A stretch of DNA of 63,958 nt, filler included, from Octopus bimaculoides (taxonomy: Eukaryota): assembly GCF_001194135.2 (NCBI RefSeq). It is 6 parts of 6 records of this genome, joined end to end, with 100 filler letters (N's around TTAATTAATTAA, not from the genome) between each part and the next. Parts side by side here need not be neighbours in the genome. Positions count along the whole stretch, not along the records: positions 39,064 to 52,566 come from NC_068999.1; positions 52,667 to 57,256 come from NC_068982.1; positions 57,357 to 63,958 come from NC_069005.1; 3 more parts are not named here. One strand, written 5' to 3'. The notes under the pieces were generated by a model. That model made no database searches and was not told the origin of the DNA. It was given only the letters and a program-made list of their open reading frames with translations. Each line of letters opens with the position of its first letter. Positions within the stretch are counted from its first letter, which is position 1. This document shows, one piece after another, positions 49,151 to 62,236 of this stretch. A program made the translations under genes and the position numbers.

Positions 49151-51364
49151 CCCTGTGAAAGTCTGTGAAGCATAAATAAGTTAATTCAAGGAGGTATTTC
49201 TGTGATCGCAAGCATTGTAGTAAACAATTAGAGACACAAGTGGATGTTTTCGAAATAACACGCATTTTTCACGTAGTATCCAAGCGATTTGCATGACAAC
49301 GCGCAAACAGTGTACAAAAAACACGAAAGCTTTGTCTACAATATCAGCTGACGAACACGCTTATCAAAATCTGGGTTCATTTGTCACAAGCAGAAACATA
49401 AGTGTAGAGCATAAATTGCACAAGGTTTCAATGGGCATCGGTGCCCTTTTTCTGTCACGAGGGGACATCCATACCTGCGCGCGCGCACATACACACACAC
49501 ACAAGGGCACGCATATATGTGTGTGTGTATTTGTGCATATAGATATTAATATATATANNNNNNNNNNNNNNNNNNNNNNNNNNNNNNNNNNNNNNNNNNN
49601 NNNNNNNNNNNNNNNNNNNNNNNNNNNNNNNNNNNNNNNNNNNNNNNNNNNNNNNNNNNNNNNNNNNNNNNNNNNNNNNNNNNNNNNNNNNNNNNNNNNN
49701 NNNNNNNNNNNNNNNNNNNNNNNNNNNNNNNNNNNNNNNNNNNNNNNNNNNNNNNNNNNNNNNNNNNNNNNNNNNNNNNNNNNNNNNNNNNNNNNNNNNN
49801 NNNNNNNNNNNNNNNNNNNNNNNNNNNNNNNNNNNTATTTGAGTATATATAAATTTGAAGAATGGAGTAAACGCATGTTATAACTGCATACTTTTATTCC
49901 GACATATGTTTCCAAGAATTACAATTTATGCGATCCATAGGAATCGGCGATGCTAAAAATGTAAACTTATCCTCAGGGAATTGTATGAGAACCAGCTTAA
50001 ACGTAAGAACGATAGATACATACATATATACGTACATACATACATACATACTAACATACATACTAATATACATATAAACACATACATATGGTAGTTTGCA
50101 TGACTGTGCGTCTTTGTGGGGAAAAACGTATCTATAGATTAACACATGTTGGGGATAAATTTATTATATTATTATATAACTTCTTTATTAAATATGTCTT
50201 AACATTGTATGTGTTACATAAATATTTGTGCTTAGGTTGGAATATGTTCTAAATTGACATTCTAAATTTCTAACACATTACAGTTTCATGTTCAAGTTCA
50301 TGCTCTGTATATCTAGCTAGAGTGACGTGTGTTGGAAATACGTTCAAATAATGTAGAATTTCTGTCAACTTTTCTTCTTTTTTGCAATAGATAGCAGCTT
50401 ACATATGTTGTTTCGACGTCATATTATACGTTTGTTGTGGTCAAATGTGTCTACACGTAAGGCTTTTAAGTCTGTAGCGAAGCATTATGCTTTTGAAATG
50501 CTTTTTTCTTTTTTAATGCAAACTTAAAGAAGGAAACGCTCATCAAGACTTTACACAACAGCCAAAAGTGTTGGGATGGTAATGACTGCATGAAATCAAG
50601 CATTATATCAATCAACACAGATGTCAAGAATATATCAGTTATTAAAAGTGGATCATGAAGACTCAAAATTGGATATAGATATCGGAATTTCAATGTTCCA
50701 AACTAACAGTAAACAACTAATAAGAATAGAAGAAATACTAAAATACGAGATAAACCTCTGGAAAATAGACGTGTTAGTAATGAAAATGGAACACTTTCAC
50801 GCACGCTCACACGCACACACACAAACATTCACACACTCAAAATCACATTCACACACAAACACACACATATATACATACATGCACACAGACGCGCGCACAC
50901 ACACACATGCACGCATGTTTATACATATAATTTCATAACTACATAATACTTTACAGTTTAGTCATTTGTTAGCCGGTAACATGGGGCCAAGCAATTGATC
51001 AATACACTATTATTATGGTTTCCATGTGTTTTAGAGGCAAATTTGACAAGTAAGCGTTTGGCATCAGTATGAAATGTCGTAATATATAATGCATTTTTTA
51101 AAAAATTGTTTTATATGTTACCTCATACTCGATGCCTTGCTTACATATAGATAATAATAGCGGAAGGAATTTTATTAGGAAATGATAAAGACATACTATT
51201 AAAATATATATTCAAAGTTATAAAAGCATTCCGAATTTTTAAAAATTAATTCTCTTATCACGTAAAACAATATCATCACAAGACACTAAGGAAGACTCAC
51301 TGATGGATTTTTATTTGTTACAGACCTGCAAAGTTGAGGGAAAATATTTGAGTAGCATTCCATG

Positions 51365-51780
51365 TTATTACTTTGGAACAATTCGCGGACATGTTCTACA
51401 TGTATATTAAAATATAGGACTGTGGACGACCATTACAGCTGGTTATTTTTTTATTTGCCTATCAATATTGAATTTTGTATACAACCTAGGTACTTCTACT
51501 CTTAAAGCACATGTATAACACCCACTCCCAAACTCGTGCACATTTATACATACATAAATATATAAACGCATATACTTTACATAGAATTATAACATATTTG
51601 CAGGCAGGATACGAATTGGTGTGGTCGGCATTACTCTTACAAAGCGCCGGATATTAGAACACCTGTGACTCATAGAAAGGCAGTACAAGTCCCCAAGATC
51701 CGATTGTGCAATGATGGATATAGATGTTTCGTGATTTTTGTGGCTTACCAAAATTTTCAGCATGAATCATACGTAAACAT
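51365..51780. repeat. Copy 2 of the old local duplication
   Basis: Aligns to 47205-47610 as described for copy 1. Confidence 0.8.
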
Positions 51781-52666
51781 AGCGCAAGTCCACGACTTAC
51801 ATGCATATAGGGTGAAAACCGGTATACCTGGACAATGTATACGTTAGAACGAACTCATACATGATATACAAGTAGCACTACTGTAATAAACATTAACGGC
51901 CACATATACATATACTCTATGCTCTGAATATATAGATAGAAGCATATCTCAATGGTTATCAAGCATGTATTTAAGTCAAAACTGTGATTATAATTTGTTA
52001 TTTATTATTTCTTCATCGCCTCTACATACAGCTTATCGGAATTTTCGACAGGTTCATTAATAATCATTTATTTATGTAGAAATTGTAGCCTGTGCTGTGT
52101 CAGGAACTAGTAATATTTGAAAAAGTTATATCCCACATATTTCAAATTCAGTGAAAAGTTACGTTTAGTTAACTCTTAAAAATTTGAAACAGTGCAAAAT
52201 AATATATATTGAAATTTGCTATCATGAGTTTTGAATAATGCAAGAGCAATATAGGTCTGCTTATGACAGTTATGGATTTGATCACACGTGTTTTAGTTTA
52301 TCGTAGGCAAAAAACAAATGGTGGTTATATTTTGTATTTTAACAATTTCTTCATTTATGATGTCAGGTACATACATATACAGAGACATGTGTTCCCTTAC
52401 CCATACATATATAGTGATACACTCAGGCATATACAACCGCAATTACGCACATTTCCAAACGTACACATTTATTAAATATGTATTCAAATAAATGTGCGCA
52501 TTTATACGTATAAATACATAAGCACATGTATGTACATATATATATGTGTCATATATATAAATCGGANNNNNNNNNNNNNNNNNNNNNNNNNNNNNNNNNN
52601 NNNNNNNNNNTTAATTAATTAANNNNNNNNNNNNNNNNNNNNNNNNNNNNNNNNNNNNNNNNNNNN

Positions 52667-52980
52667 TTGGGGGAAGAGAGGGCCAATTGATTAGATAAAT
52701 CCAGTATGCAACTGGTACTTAATTTATCGAAGGATGAAAGGCAAAATCGACCTCAGCGGAATTTGAACTCAACGTAAAGACAGATGAAATAACTCTAAGC
52801 ATTTCGCCCAGCGTGCTAACGTTTCTTATTTCTTTACTGTCCACAAGGGGCTACTCACGGAGGGGACAAACAAAGACAGATAAACGGATTAAGTCGATTA
52901 TATCGACCCTAGTGCGTAACTGGTACTTATTTAATCGACCCCGAAAGGATGAAAGCAAAGTCGACCTCGGCGGCCGCCTT
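52667..52980 (-). mobile_element. SINE B (AATAAAGAAA-type tail, 5'-truncated) nested in the head of another SINE B
   Basis: Minus strand reads ggaaggcggc|cgccgaggtcgac...gtaaagaaataag|aaacgttagcacgctgggcgaaatgcttag. Confidence 0.8.
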
Positions 52981-54559
52981 CCAGCGAAGTAATATTATTG
53001 TATTATTTGCATTACATTTTACCAACTCAGAACATCACCAGTTTACTCAGATTCTACTGTTTTACTATTTCATTTAATCATGTTTGGAGAGCAAAACGAT
53101 TGAAAAGTCAGTTAACTAATTTAATGTTAACTAATTTAATGGTATACTATAATGGAACAATGTATTTGTATAGGAATATTGTAATATTCTATATCATTAG
53201 AGAAGAAGAGAAAGAGAGATTAGTATTACAGCCGTTAACGTTAAAGTTCTATTAACCTTTCTTCTTTAATGATAGAAACCGTAACTCTCCTTTCATATAC
53301 TACTAACCTGGCGTAGGGTTAAATTAAACATAAGCTCAACATAAAATGGATTAACAGACTTTCTTGTCCGACTAAACATACATATATGCCAGGTTTCCCA
53401 CAAGCAAGATACTATTCTCATATTAATATAATGTTTCAAGCTGTCTTATATATGGGACACTTTGTATGCGCCTGTATTGGTTTGTGTATGTTTGTGCGTG
53501 CGCGCACAAGTGTGTTTTCTAGATAGATGTTTAGTCGGACAATTTTTGAAGTGTCTTCCAAAATTTTATCCCTCATTTAGTTAACAACACATGGCTTCTA
53601 TCTTGTCTTCTATCTTCAAAAGTCGAACAAACCACCAACATTTCAAATATGCACTTCAGTTCAGCTAACACTATTTATTTTGATGGAAGATGTTTGTTTA
53701 ACAATCAAACCATTTACTGACGTTAACGTCACTCTCATCGCCTGATTTGAGAAATCTTATTCACACGAAGCCAACGGTAGCAATGGCAGTGAAATATAGG
53801 TTTGTAAAATGGATGTACTTTAATGTGCTTTGTTCAACTAACTCAAGCTAGTTCAGAAGCTACTGCAACAGAATATGGTGTAACAAAGTTCAGCGTAACA
53901 GAATACCAACTATGTAAGACAAGTAAAGTTCATTTGGAAATATTCACAGACTTGATTTGTATATCTCGTATTACAGACTGAAACTTTCCTTGTTGTTAAC
54001 AGATTATTAAAAACAAAATTTTCATTTATATCATTTAAACTATTGATAATTTTGCCTCACTCTCTCACGCATATTCTACAACTCTTTCTCTTCAACACAT
54101 TCTTCCACATCGCTTTTCTTATATACACAATAACCCCCTTCCCTATTTACGCAATGTAGGTTTTCTTTTTCTTTGTCATACTGTGCAGTTTTTTTTCTGC
54201 TTTCTTTCATGTACCCATGTACACTCTTTCTCTCAATATACTTTTCTCCACACGTGTAACATATTCATTCTCATATGCTCGCCAAATACACATTCTTGCT
54301 CTCGTACACTTTTTCTCTTTCACACATTCTCTTTTATGCACACACACTCTCATAAATTTATCATATCTATAGATGCTCTCCTATACCTCACACATTACAC
54401 ACTTTGACAGGCAAACTCGCGAAACAGTTTCCTTTCTTTCACTTCTTTCCTATCTTCCCAACTTTACAAGTACGTTCGTTCGTATGGACAGTTCAGTCAT
54501 TTCTACTTGTTTTCTTTCCTTATTTTCCCCGCTACTGATTTCTGAAACTGTATTAATAA

Positions 54560-54765
54560 TCATTTCTAATACAGGGAAAAGGCCAGAAATTTGGAGAGGG
54601 AAGAGTTAGTCAATTAAATTCGCCCCAGTACTAGATTAATATTTTATTTTATTGACCTCGGAAGGGGTCGATAAAGTTGATCTCAATGGGATTTGAACTC
54701 AGAACGTTAAGAGCTGAAAAATACCACAATGCCGATGCTCTAACGATTTTGCCCATCCATTGCCT
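54560..54765 (-). mobile_element. SINE family B, degenerate
   Basis: cagggaaaaggccagaaatttggagaggg..gatttgaactcagaacgt..ctaacgattttgcc. Confidence 0.75.
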
Positions 54766-55859
54766 TCTTGAAACTACCCCAGTTATATCCATTTGATAGA
54801 TTGTACAGTCCTTTGTTCGGGATAAGTCTTTGTTTCATGAAACCTGTTTGTTGTTCTTTAGCCTCAGTTCAACTCTGATCATTATCCATGATCAAAAATG
54901 TTTCATCAGTGAAGATGCCATCAATTTTCTGGCATAGAGCATGCAAAAATACATTAACCAAGGTCTTTTCAAAGGCAGATATGATTGCGATTTCTTGCTG
55001 GTCGAATGATCGCGTACAACAGTGGTTGATAACACTGGTCTACAAAGTTTTTGGTGTTTAGGAAATAGACATCATCCGTTTACAAAATCGGTCTCCTGAA
55101 TCTAAATATAACCTTCTTTTTGACCTATCAGATCTAGTTTTCAAGTTATTGAACATCCCTATAGTCACTATGTCTATATGTACGTCCAGTACGCAGTGTT
55201 TGTTACCTTATTCTAATTCTAAGTTTTTTTTCTTTTTCCATACTTTTTAGACGTTGCGGTGAACTAAGCAACAGAAAAATGAGCAAGATGTCCTCTTCAA
55301 GAAAGAGTTGCGTTAATTCTCCAAATGTGTTTTGTTATGCTTGTGGAGAATACACATTACCTGAAAATCGAAATTTTGTTACGTTAAATTTTGAAATTGT
55401 CTAGAGACGAAGCCTTAACACCAAAGCAGTGACTTGAAATATTTGTGAATTTGTAAAATTAAAGGGTCGTTATTTTTCTCAGCCCAGAAACGTCTCATAC
55501 GTTCTTATGAACTTACAATTTGCCTCTGATACTAATTCTTGACGTAGGGGATCCTAATTGGCTTGTTCATACTTTTGGTTAATGTTTTTACGGTGAAAAA
55601 AGTAGTTGAGGGCTTATTAAATTAATCTTGTCTCTACATTTTGAGTACAAATTATTGGATCTAGTATACATACTCTCTTTTCGAGATCATTAAAATAATT
55701 ACCAATAATACTCAAAGTATATCTCTTTTTATAAACGTGCAACGTTGGGTCAATGTAAGACATCAATAGAGAAATAATCCTTACATTTACTGATAAAATT
55801 TCCAGGCATCTAGCTTGTGTTAAGCAAATAAATTAAAATCTAATAGAGTACGTTATTTT

Positions 55860-56053
55860 CAGTGGCGCATGGTGATTGTTTGTATTGGGTGTGCTGGCAC
55901 AACCCAATGTCACCAAATTTCAAGCAGGAGTGAAACAAGTTTTCCGTTAAGATTTGTGATTAAATTAATGAGTAAGGTTAATATTTATAATGAATTTGCT
56001 ATTTTCGATGGGTGTGCAGCGCACACCTAGCACACGCAAAATATATGCCCCTG
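55860..56053. mobile_element. hAT-type MITE
   Basis: TIRs cagtggcgca / caggggcata (reverse complement); 8-bp TSD gttatttt (55852-55859) / gttatatt (56054-56061). Confidence 0.75.
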
Positions 56054-56180
56054 GTTATATTCTCAACGATTAGTGATTTGGTTACATAGCAAAACATAAT
56101 TATTTTTCTTGGTTTTAAATCTTTTTAAACATTTCTTTTTATAAAAGAAATACTTACGGATTATCCTTTGGAAGGCTTTT

Positions 56181-56470
56181 TTAATTACCTCCGCCTTCGC
56201 TATGGCAGGAGGTATTGCTTTCAGTTGTGTTTGTTTGTTTGTCCGTGGACAAGATATCTCATGAACCGTTGGAGGAATTCGGATGAAACTTTCAGGGATG
56301 TTAAGCCTCGTGACTGGCACGAACTGATTAGATTCTGGATTATTTTTCTGTTTTTTTTTACTTAATTTTTGAGAGCGGTCGGATTCATTTTTAGTATTCT
56401 CGTTTGTGAGAGCAGTCGAGTTTATTTAAGATATTCTCATTTTAAAAATCATCTCTGGTTACTCGTTGAG
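56181..56470 (+). mobile_element. Helentron-associated (HINE/DINE-1-like) non-autonomous element, 5' part
   Basis: ttaattacctccgcc..ggcaggagg hairpin, (GTTT)n, then ..atgaaactttcaggg. Class assignment is from remembered architecture. Confidence 0.5.
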
Positions 56471-56479
56471 AGGACGCCG

Positions 56480-57130
56480 CAGTCGCCTCAGGTTTTTTGT
56501 AAGGTGTAGGTGAGTCATTTTTGCAGTGTGCACATCGTTTTGTTTTGTGTTGGTGTTTTAAAGAAGAACACTTTGTTAATTGTTTTGTGCTGCTTTGCAG
56601 CAATTTGTTTGTGCTTTCTCTCCTCGTTTGAGGAGAATTGGCTATGAATAGAAGGAAGAGTTTGTTTTATTTAGACCTTAGTGGGTCTGAATTGTCGTCG
56701 TCGGAGGAGGAACCCGTGTGAGCAGTGATTAGAATGGATAGTCAATTAAAGAAGAAAAGTTTTGTGGAAGTTGCGAATAAGGAGGTGGATCTGTCAAAGC
56801 TGAAAAGTAATGAGAAGATGGTACACAGAGAAGGTGGTAACGTAAAGTTGTCGTAATCCCAGGAAGTAATAAAAGATTTGCAGGAAAGGACTATTGTGTA
56901 TAAAGTATATTCCTTAGACGATAAGAAAATTGAAAACAGCCTTGTAGTCAATCTGGCAAGATATAATATATCTTGCCAGAGGAAGTCGATATGGAACAGT
57001 GGAGGTTCACTTTAAAAAGGCAGCCAAGGCAAAGCAACACGCTCGGCAACCCCATTAAGGACGGAAAGTGTGGTCCTCTTACCCACATGCCTTGGAAGGA
57101 GAGCTTCCAGGGTTAGATCTTTCGTTACTA
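56480..57130 (+). pseudogene. Second, divergent member of the ORF1-like family at 11899-13241 (5' UTR plus N-terminal half)
   Basis: KSNEKMVHREGGNVKL vs KESEKLITKEGNILKL; RGSRYGTVEVHF vs RGRRYATVEVRF; VLLPTC vs VLLPSY. Contains stops and frameshifts. Confidence 0.75.
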
Positions 57131-57825
57131 ACCCGGCTGTAGCCGGCCGAAAAATTTTTTGGTTCATAAGACTAACCGGATCTATTTTAAAACGGGGGCC
57201 ACATTTTTCATTAATGTTTTACGTAGTGTTTTTGGTACGGAAAGACTTTCAAACTTNNNNNNNNNNNNNNNNNNNNNNNNNNNNNNNNNNNNNNNNNNNN
57301 TTAATTAATTAANNNNNNNNNNNNNNNNNNNNNNNNNNNNNNNNNNNNNNNNNNNNTATATATATTATGTATGTATTATGTATGTATGTATATTTATATA
57401 TAAATATTTAGTACTAAATTCAAACCAAGATGTATTTACACACGCATACACATTTCTATGATCTTATGTAATTATTACATATATTCGAATAGAATGTCTT
57501 ACTTCATTTACATTTCATTTTTTCTATTATTCTTTATTATTTGAATTATTTTAGTATATACGTGTGTTTATTGATCCTAAAAGTACATGAATAGAATAAC
57601 GTATCCTGTTCAATCACATCTCATAAATCACTGGAACCATGATTTCATTCATTTTGATGTAAATTACTGACAACCGAAATTTTTATCTTCTACTAAAAAT
57701 TTTATTATTCCTTAGCTCATAAACGAGCACAAAAAGTAGTTGTACAATACACGGAGTATCTTCTCTACTAAAATTTCTTTCATATATATATATATATATA
57801 CATATATATTTACAAACGTGAAAGA

Positions 57826-58330
57826 TATCAGGTTGTCCGGTAAGTTCTGAGCGTTGTTTAAGTGCAATAAAGGATAAAGAATTTTAAACATGCTCTCATC
57901 TTTATTCATTAAAATAATTTCCATTGTTTTCTATGACCTTAGTCTACCCAGTAGGCAATTTAAATATTCTATCGGCATAAAACTAAGTTGCTTTTGAGGA
58001 AAAGAAGGCATGTAAGTAGGTTTTGACACCATCTAAATCGTTAAATGATTTTCCTTTTAGAGAGTTTTGTAGAGACAAAATCAAATGATAATTAGATGGT
58101 GCAATGTCAGTGGAGTTTGGATAACATCATAACACTGGTCAACTAGAATTTTGGTGCCAAGAAACAAAACACATTTCTTACCCAATCCACCTGATATTGC
58201 GCCACCCGACTTGTTTTTGTTTCTACAGAACTCATTGGATTGCTGTACTGAAATTGGAAAAAAAAAATCGATTTATGATCTTGGCTGATTGCAAAATTTA
58301 GTTAAAAAGGTAGTAGAAACCCATGAATTT
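57826..58330 (+). mobile_element. Deleted mariner remnant
   Basis: TIR-like tatcaggttgtccggtaagttc; PDIAPPDLFLFLQNSL catalytic-Asp3 motif near 58190. Confidence 0.6.
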
Positions 58331-59189
58331 TCAATTAGACCGAGCAATTTATGTCAGCCACCTGAAATAAACTATTTTTATAAGAAAAAAAGTGTTTCTG
58401 AGTCAAAACTTTTAAAATAGAAGTACCGAATTTTTCCAATTCATTGCCAAAATTCAAATTAACTGATAAGCTTTATCAGTAATACANNNNNNNNNNNNNN
58501 NNNNNNNNNNNNNNNNNNNNNNNNNNNNNNNNNNNNNNNNNNNNNNNNNNNNNNNNNNNNNNNNNNNNNNNNNNNNNNNNNNNNNNNNNNNNNNNNNNNN
58601 NNNNNNNNNNNNNNNNNNNNNNNNNNNNNNNNNNNNNNNNNNNNNNNNNNNNNNNNNNNNNNNNNNNNNNNNNNNNNNNNNNNNNNNNNNNNNNNNNNNN
58701 NNNNNNNNNNNNNNNNNNNNNNNNNNNNNNNNNNNNNNNNNNNNNNNNNNNNNNCATAAAAAAAAAAATGAAACTCTAAAATCTTGTTTGATATTCATAA
58801 ATTTATCCCATCACTTTTATCCCTTCAAGCACATTAAGAGCTCTTGTTTTCACAGTTGGAAAAAGAAACTCCAATTGAAGACATCCCAACTGAATGCACC
58901 TATTCCACTGTATATGATGAATATCATGAAAATAGTTTCATCGTAACATCTGCCCTCCACGCGGGATTACGAAGATACGAAGTAGAATCAGCGTAACGAC
59001 TCTTTCCATCTTTTGTTATTGACAGTTTTACGAGTCTTTCCGTAGATATTAGGAAAGATTAAATTACCTAAATGGGAACACGCAAAGTGTAATGTAAATT
59101 CTCAGCCCAAAGGTAACCTTCTATCGAAATAGGGATGCCGAATTTGTACCATTCTTTAATGAGAACACAGAACTTGTTCATTGAAATGA

Positions 59190-59757
59190 TATTGAGAGCG
59201 TTCTTCTTCGACTAGGACTCCACAAATACGATACTGATGAATGGAGATTGTTCATTGATAGTTCAAAACGTAGTTTGAATGTGTTTTGCTCCATAATACT
59301 AACATGTATGAACCAATACCTATATGCCATCAAACATGTTATGGAGCAGATTGACTACACCAAACATAAATGGATGTTATGTGTCGATTTGAAAATGTTA
59401 AATTTTCTGCTTGATCAACAAAGTGACTTCAAGAAATTCCCATGTTTTTTGTGTATGTGGGACAGTAGAGCAAAATAGGAGCACTGGAAAAGGGAAGATT
59501 GGCCACCCTTAGAGTTGAAGGTCAGTGAAAAGAACGTTATAATGCAGCGCTAGTTCCGAAAGAAAAAAATCATCTTCCGTCCCTTGCATGTTATATTGGG
59601 ATTAATGAAGCAGTATAGAAAATCACTCGACAAAGAAAGTAAATGTTTTGAGTATATTATGTAAATCGTTTCCATGACGTAGCATCGAAAAACTCGGAGC
59701 AGGAGTCTTTGATGGTTCTGATATCAGGAAACTCATTAAGAATGATGAATTTGTTAA
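59190..59757 (+). mobile_element. Chapaev3-like (CMC superfamily) transposase remnant
   Basis: LFIDSSKRSL, WMLCVDLKMLNFLLDQQSDFKKFPCFLCMWDSRA, PLHVILGLMKQ, EKLGAGVFDGSDIRKLIKNDEF; runs into a gap. Confidence 0.75.
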
Positions 59758-61106
59758 NNNNNNNNNNNNNNNNNNNNNNNNNNNNNNNNNNNNNNNNNNN
59801 NNNNNNNNNNNNNNNNNNNNNNNNNNNNNNNNNNNNNNNNNNNNNNNNNNNNNNNNNNNNNNNNNNNNNNNNNNNNNNNNNNNNNNNNNNNNNNNNNNNN
59901 NNNNNNNNNNNNNNNNNNNNNNNNNNNNNNNNNNNNNNNNNNNNNNNNNNNNNNNNNNNNNNNNNNNNNNNNNNNNNNNNNNNNNNNNNNNNNNNNNNNN
60001 NNNNNNNNNNNNNNNNNNNNNNNNNNNNNNNNNNNNNNNNNNNNNNNNNNNNNNNNNNNNNNNNNNNNNNNNNNNNNNNNNNNNNNNNNNNNNNNNNNNN
60101 NNNNNNNNNNNNNNNNNNNNNNNNNNNNNNNNNNNNNNNNNNNNNNNNNNNNNNNNNNNNNNNNNNNNNNNNNNNNNNNNNNNNNNNNNNNNNNNNNNNN
60201 NNNNNNNNNNNNNNNNNNNNNNNNNNNNNNNNNNNNNNNNNNNNNNNNNNNNNNNNNNNNNNNNNNNNNNNNNNNNNNNNNNNNNNNNNNNNNNNNNNNN
60301 NNNNNNNNNNNNNNNNNNNNNNNNNNNNNNNNNNNNNNNNNNNNNNNNNNNNNNNNNNNNNNNNNNNNNNNNNNNNNNNNNNNNNNNNNNNNNNNNNNNN
60401 NNNNNNNNNNNNNNNNNNNNNNNNNNNNNNNNNNNNNNNNNNNNNNNNNNNNNNNNNNNNNNNNNNNNNNNNNNNNNNNNNNNNNNNNNNNNNNNNNNNN
60501 NNNNNNNNNNNNNNNNNNNNNNNNNNNNNNNNNNNNNNNNNNNNNNNNNNNNNNNNNNNNNNNNNNNNNNNNNNNNNNNNNNNNNNNNNNNNNNNNNNNN
60601 NNNNNNNNNNNNNNNNNNNNNNNNNNNNNNNNNNNNNNNNNNNNNNNNNNNNNNNNNNNNNNNNNNNNNNNNTATATATATATACTCTCACATATATATA
60701 TACACATATATATGTATGTCTGTGTGTATGATTGTCTGTGTGTGCGCGTGTATGTGTGTGTATCTATGTATGTATCCGTAGTCCTTCTCACAGTTTCCCT
60801 GTACGAAATTCTACTATGGATTCAGCCAACTTGGAAGAAGGTAAGCATGTGACATTCTTCATCGGCAGAGACTATGTATCAGCTGGTAAAATGTGACACA
60901 GTAGGTCAATGAAACAATTAGTTACCTACAATGTCAGTAGATGTAAGTATGAAGTTTTATAATCTGAAGTAATAATAATACTTCTGGGTAGTAATAATAA
61001 GGAAAAGACACAACTAGGTATCTTAACTTATGACATAGCAGTTTTGATCTATGGTGGCATAAATATTAAACTCTCTTTCACAACATGGTAGCTACACACG
61101 CGTGCA

Positions 61107-61247
<141 letters not shown>

Positions 61248-61259
61248 CCAAAAGAAAAA

Positions 61260-61590
61260 AGAAAGGAAAAAAGAGAGCCACTTAAAGTAATGTGGTTTTT
61301 TTTTTTTTTTGCATAACACTATTGCCCAAGGTTCCCGTAGTCTTTTCCGTAGGCTTTTCTTTCCACGGATAAACCTAATCAGTTTTTCCTTTTTACATTG
61401 ACATTTCTGTGATACACGATCCCTATTGATCAGCCCCGCCACCTTTTTTTTCTTTCCACGATCCCTTTTGATCGGAATTCGACCCACTTTTTTTTCTTTT
61501 TCTTTTTTTCTTCTCCTTCTTCCCAAAAAGAAAAGCTCTACTTTGTATTTTGTCCCCTCTGTGTTCAGCCTTGTGTGGCCAATAAAGAAA
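61260..61590 (+). mobile_element. Orphan retroelement 3' UTR ending in the shared AATAAAGAAA-type tail
   Basis: T-rich UTR ending ttgtcccctctgtgttcagccttgtgtggccaataaagaaa; no SINE B head upstream. Confidence 0.6.
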
Positions 61591-61594
61591 CATA

Positions 61595-61633
<39 letters not shown>

Positions 61634-62236
61634 TTCTATCTATCTAAGTTTTTTTCTTGTTTTGTTGTTGTTGTTCTCATTCTTTTTCTTCTTCTTCTCC
61701 TCCTCCTCCTCCTCCTCCTCCTCTACCAGCAGCACCACCAGCACCATCAGCAAGACCACCACCACCACCACCTCTTTCTCGACTGAGAATGGCCGGCAGT
61801 TCCGGCTTGCACACGATATGTCTATGGCCCACAGTTGCTCCGAGTTGCTATCTCAGACATCACATTCTTGGAACCCAGTTACTATATGTAACCATCAGGA
61901 TTCCAAGATGGAACGTACAAGTTGGGATGATTTACACATCAGGTTGCTGTCAACGACCCGCTGTTGCTGTAAGTAGGAAAGTTGCAACAGATGGTTCCAG
62001 TAATATACAGGGATATTGCCAACTGAGCACGGTTGCATTAGATTCCTGATGTGACATATACACTGTTATACGCACGCACACATACATCAAACATACATAC
62101 ATACATACATGCATACATACATGCATACATACATACATACAATCATGCATGCAGACATTCAGACAATCATGCATGCTTACAGACACACACAGACACATAT
62201 GTAACATACATGTATTCATACATGTATATACACATG

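Noticed and set aside
7912-57312. TTAATTAATTAA embedded in N runs at 7912, 22622, 39008, 52611 and 57301
   Set aside because: An identical palindromic all-frame-stop 12-mer centred in ~100-nt gaps is an assembly linker, not biology.
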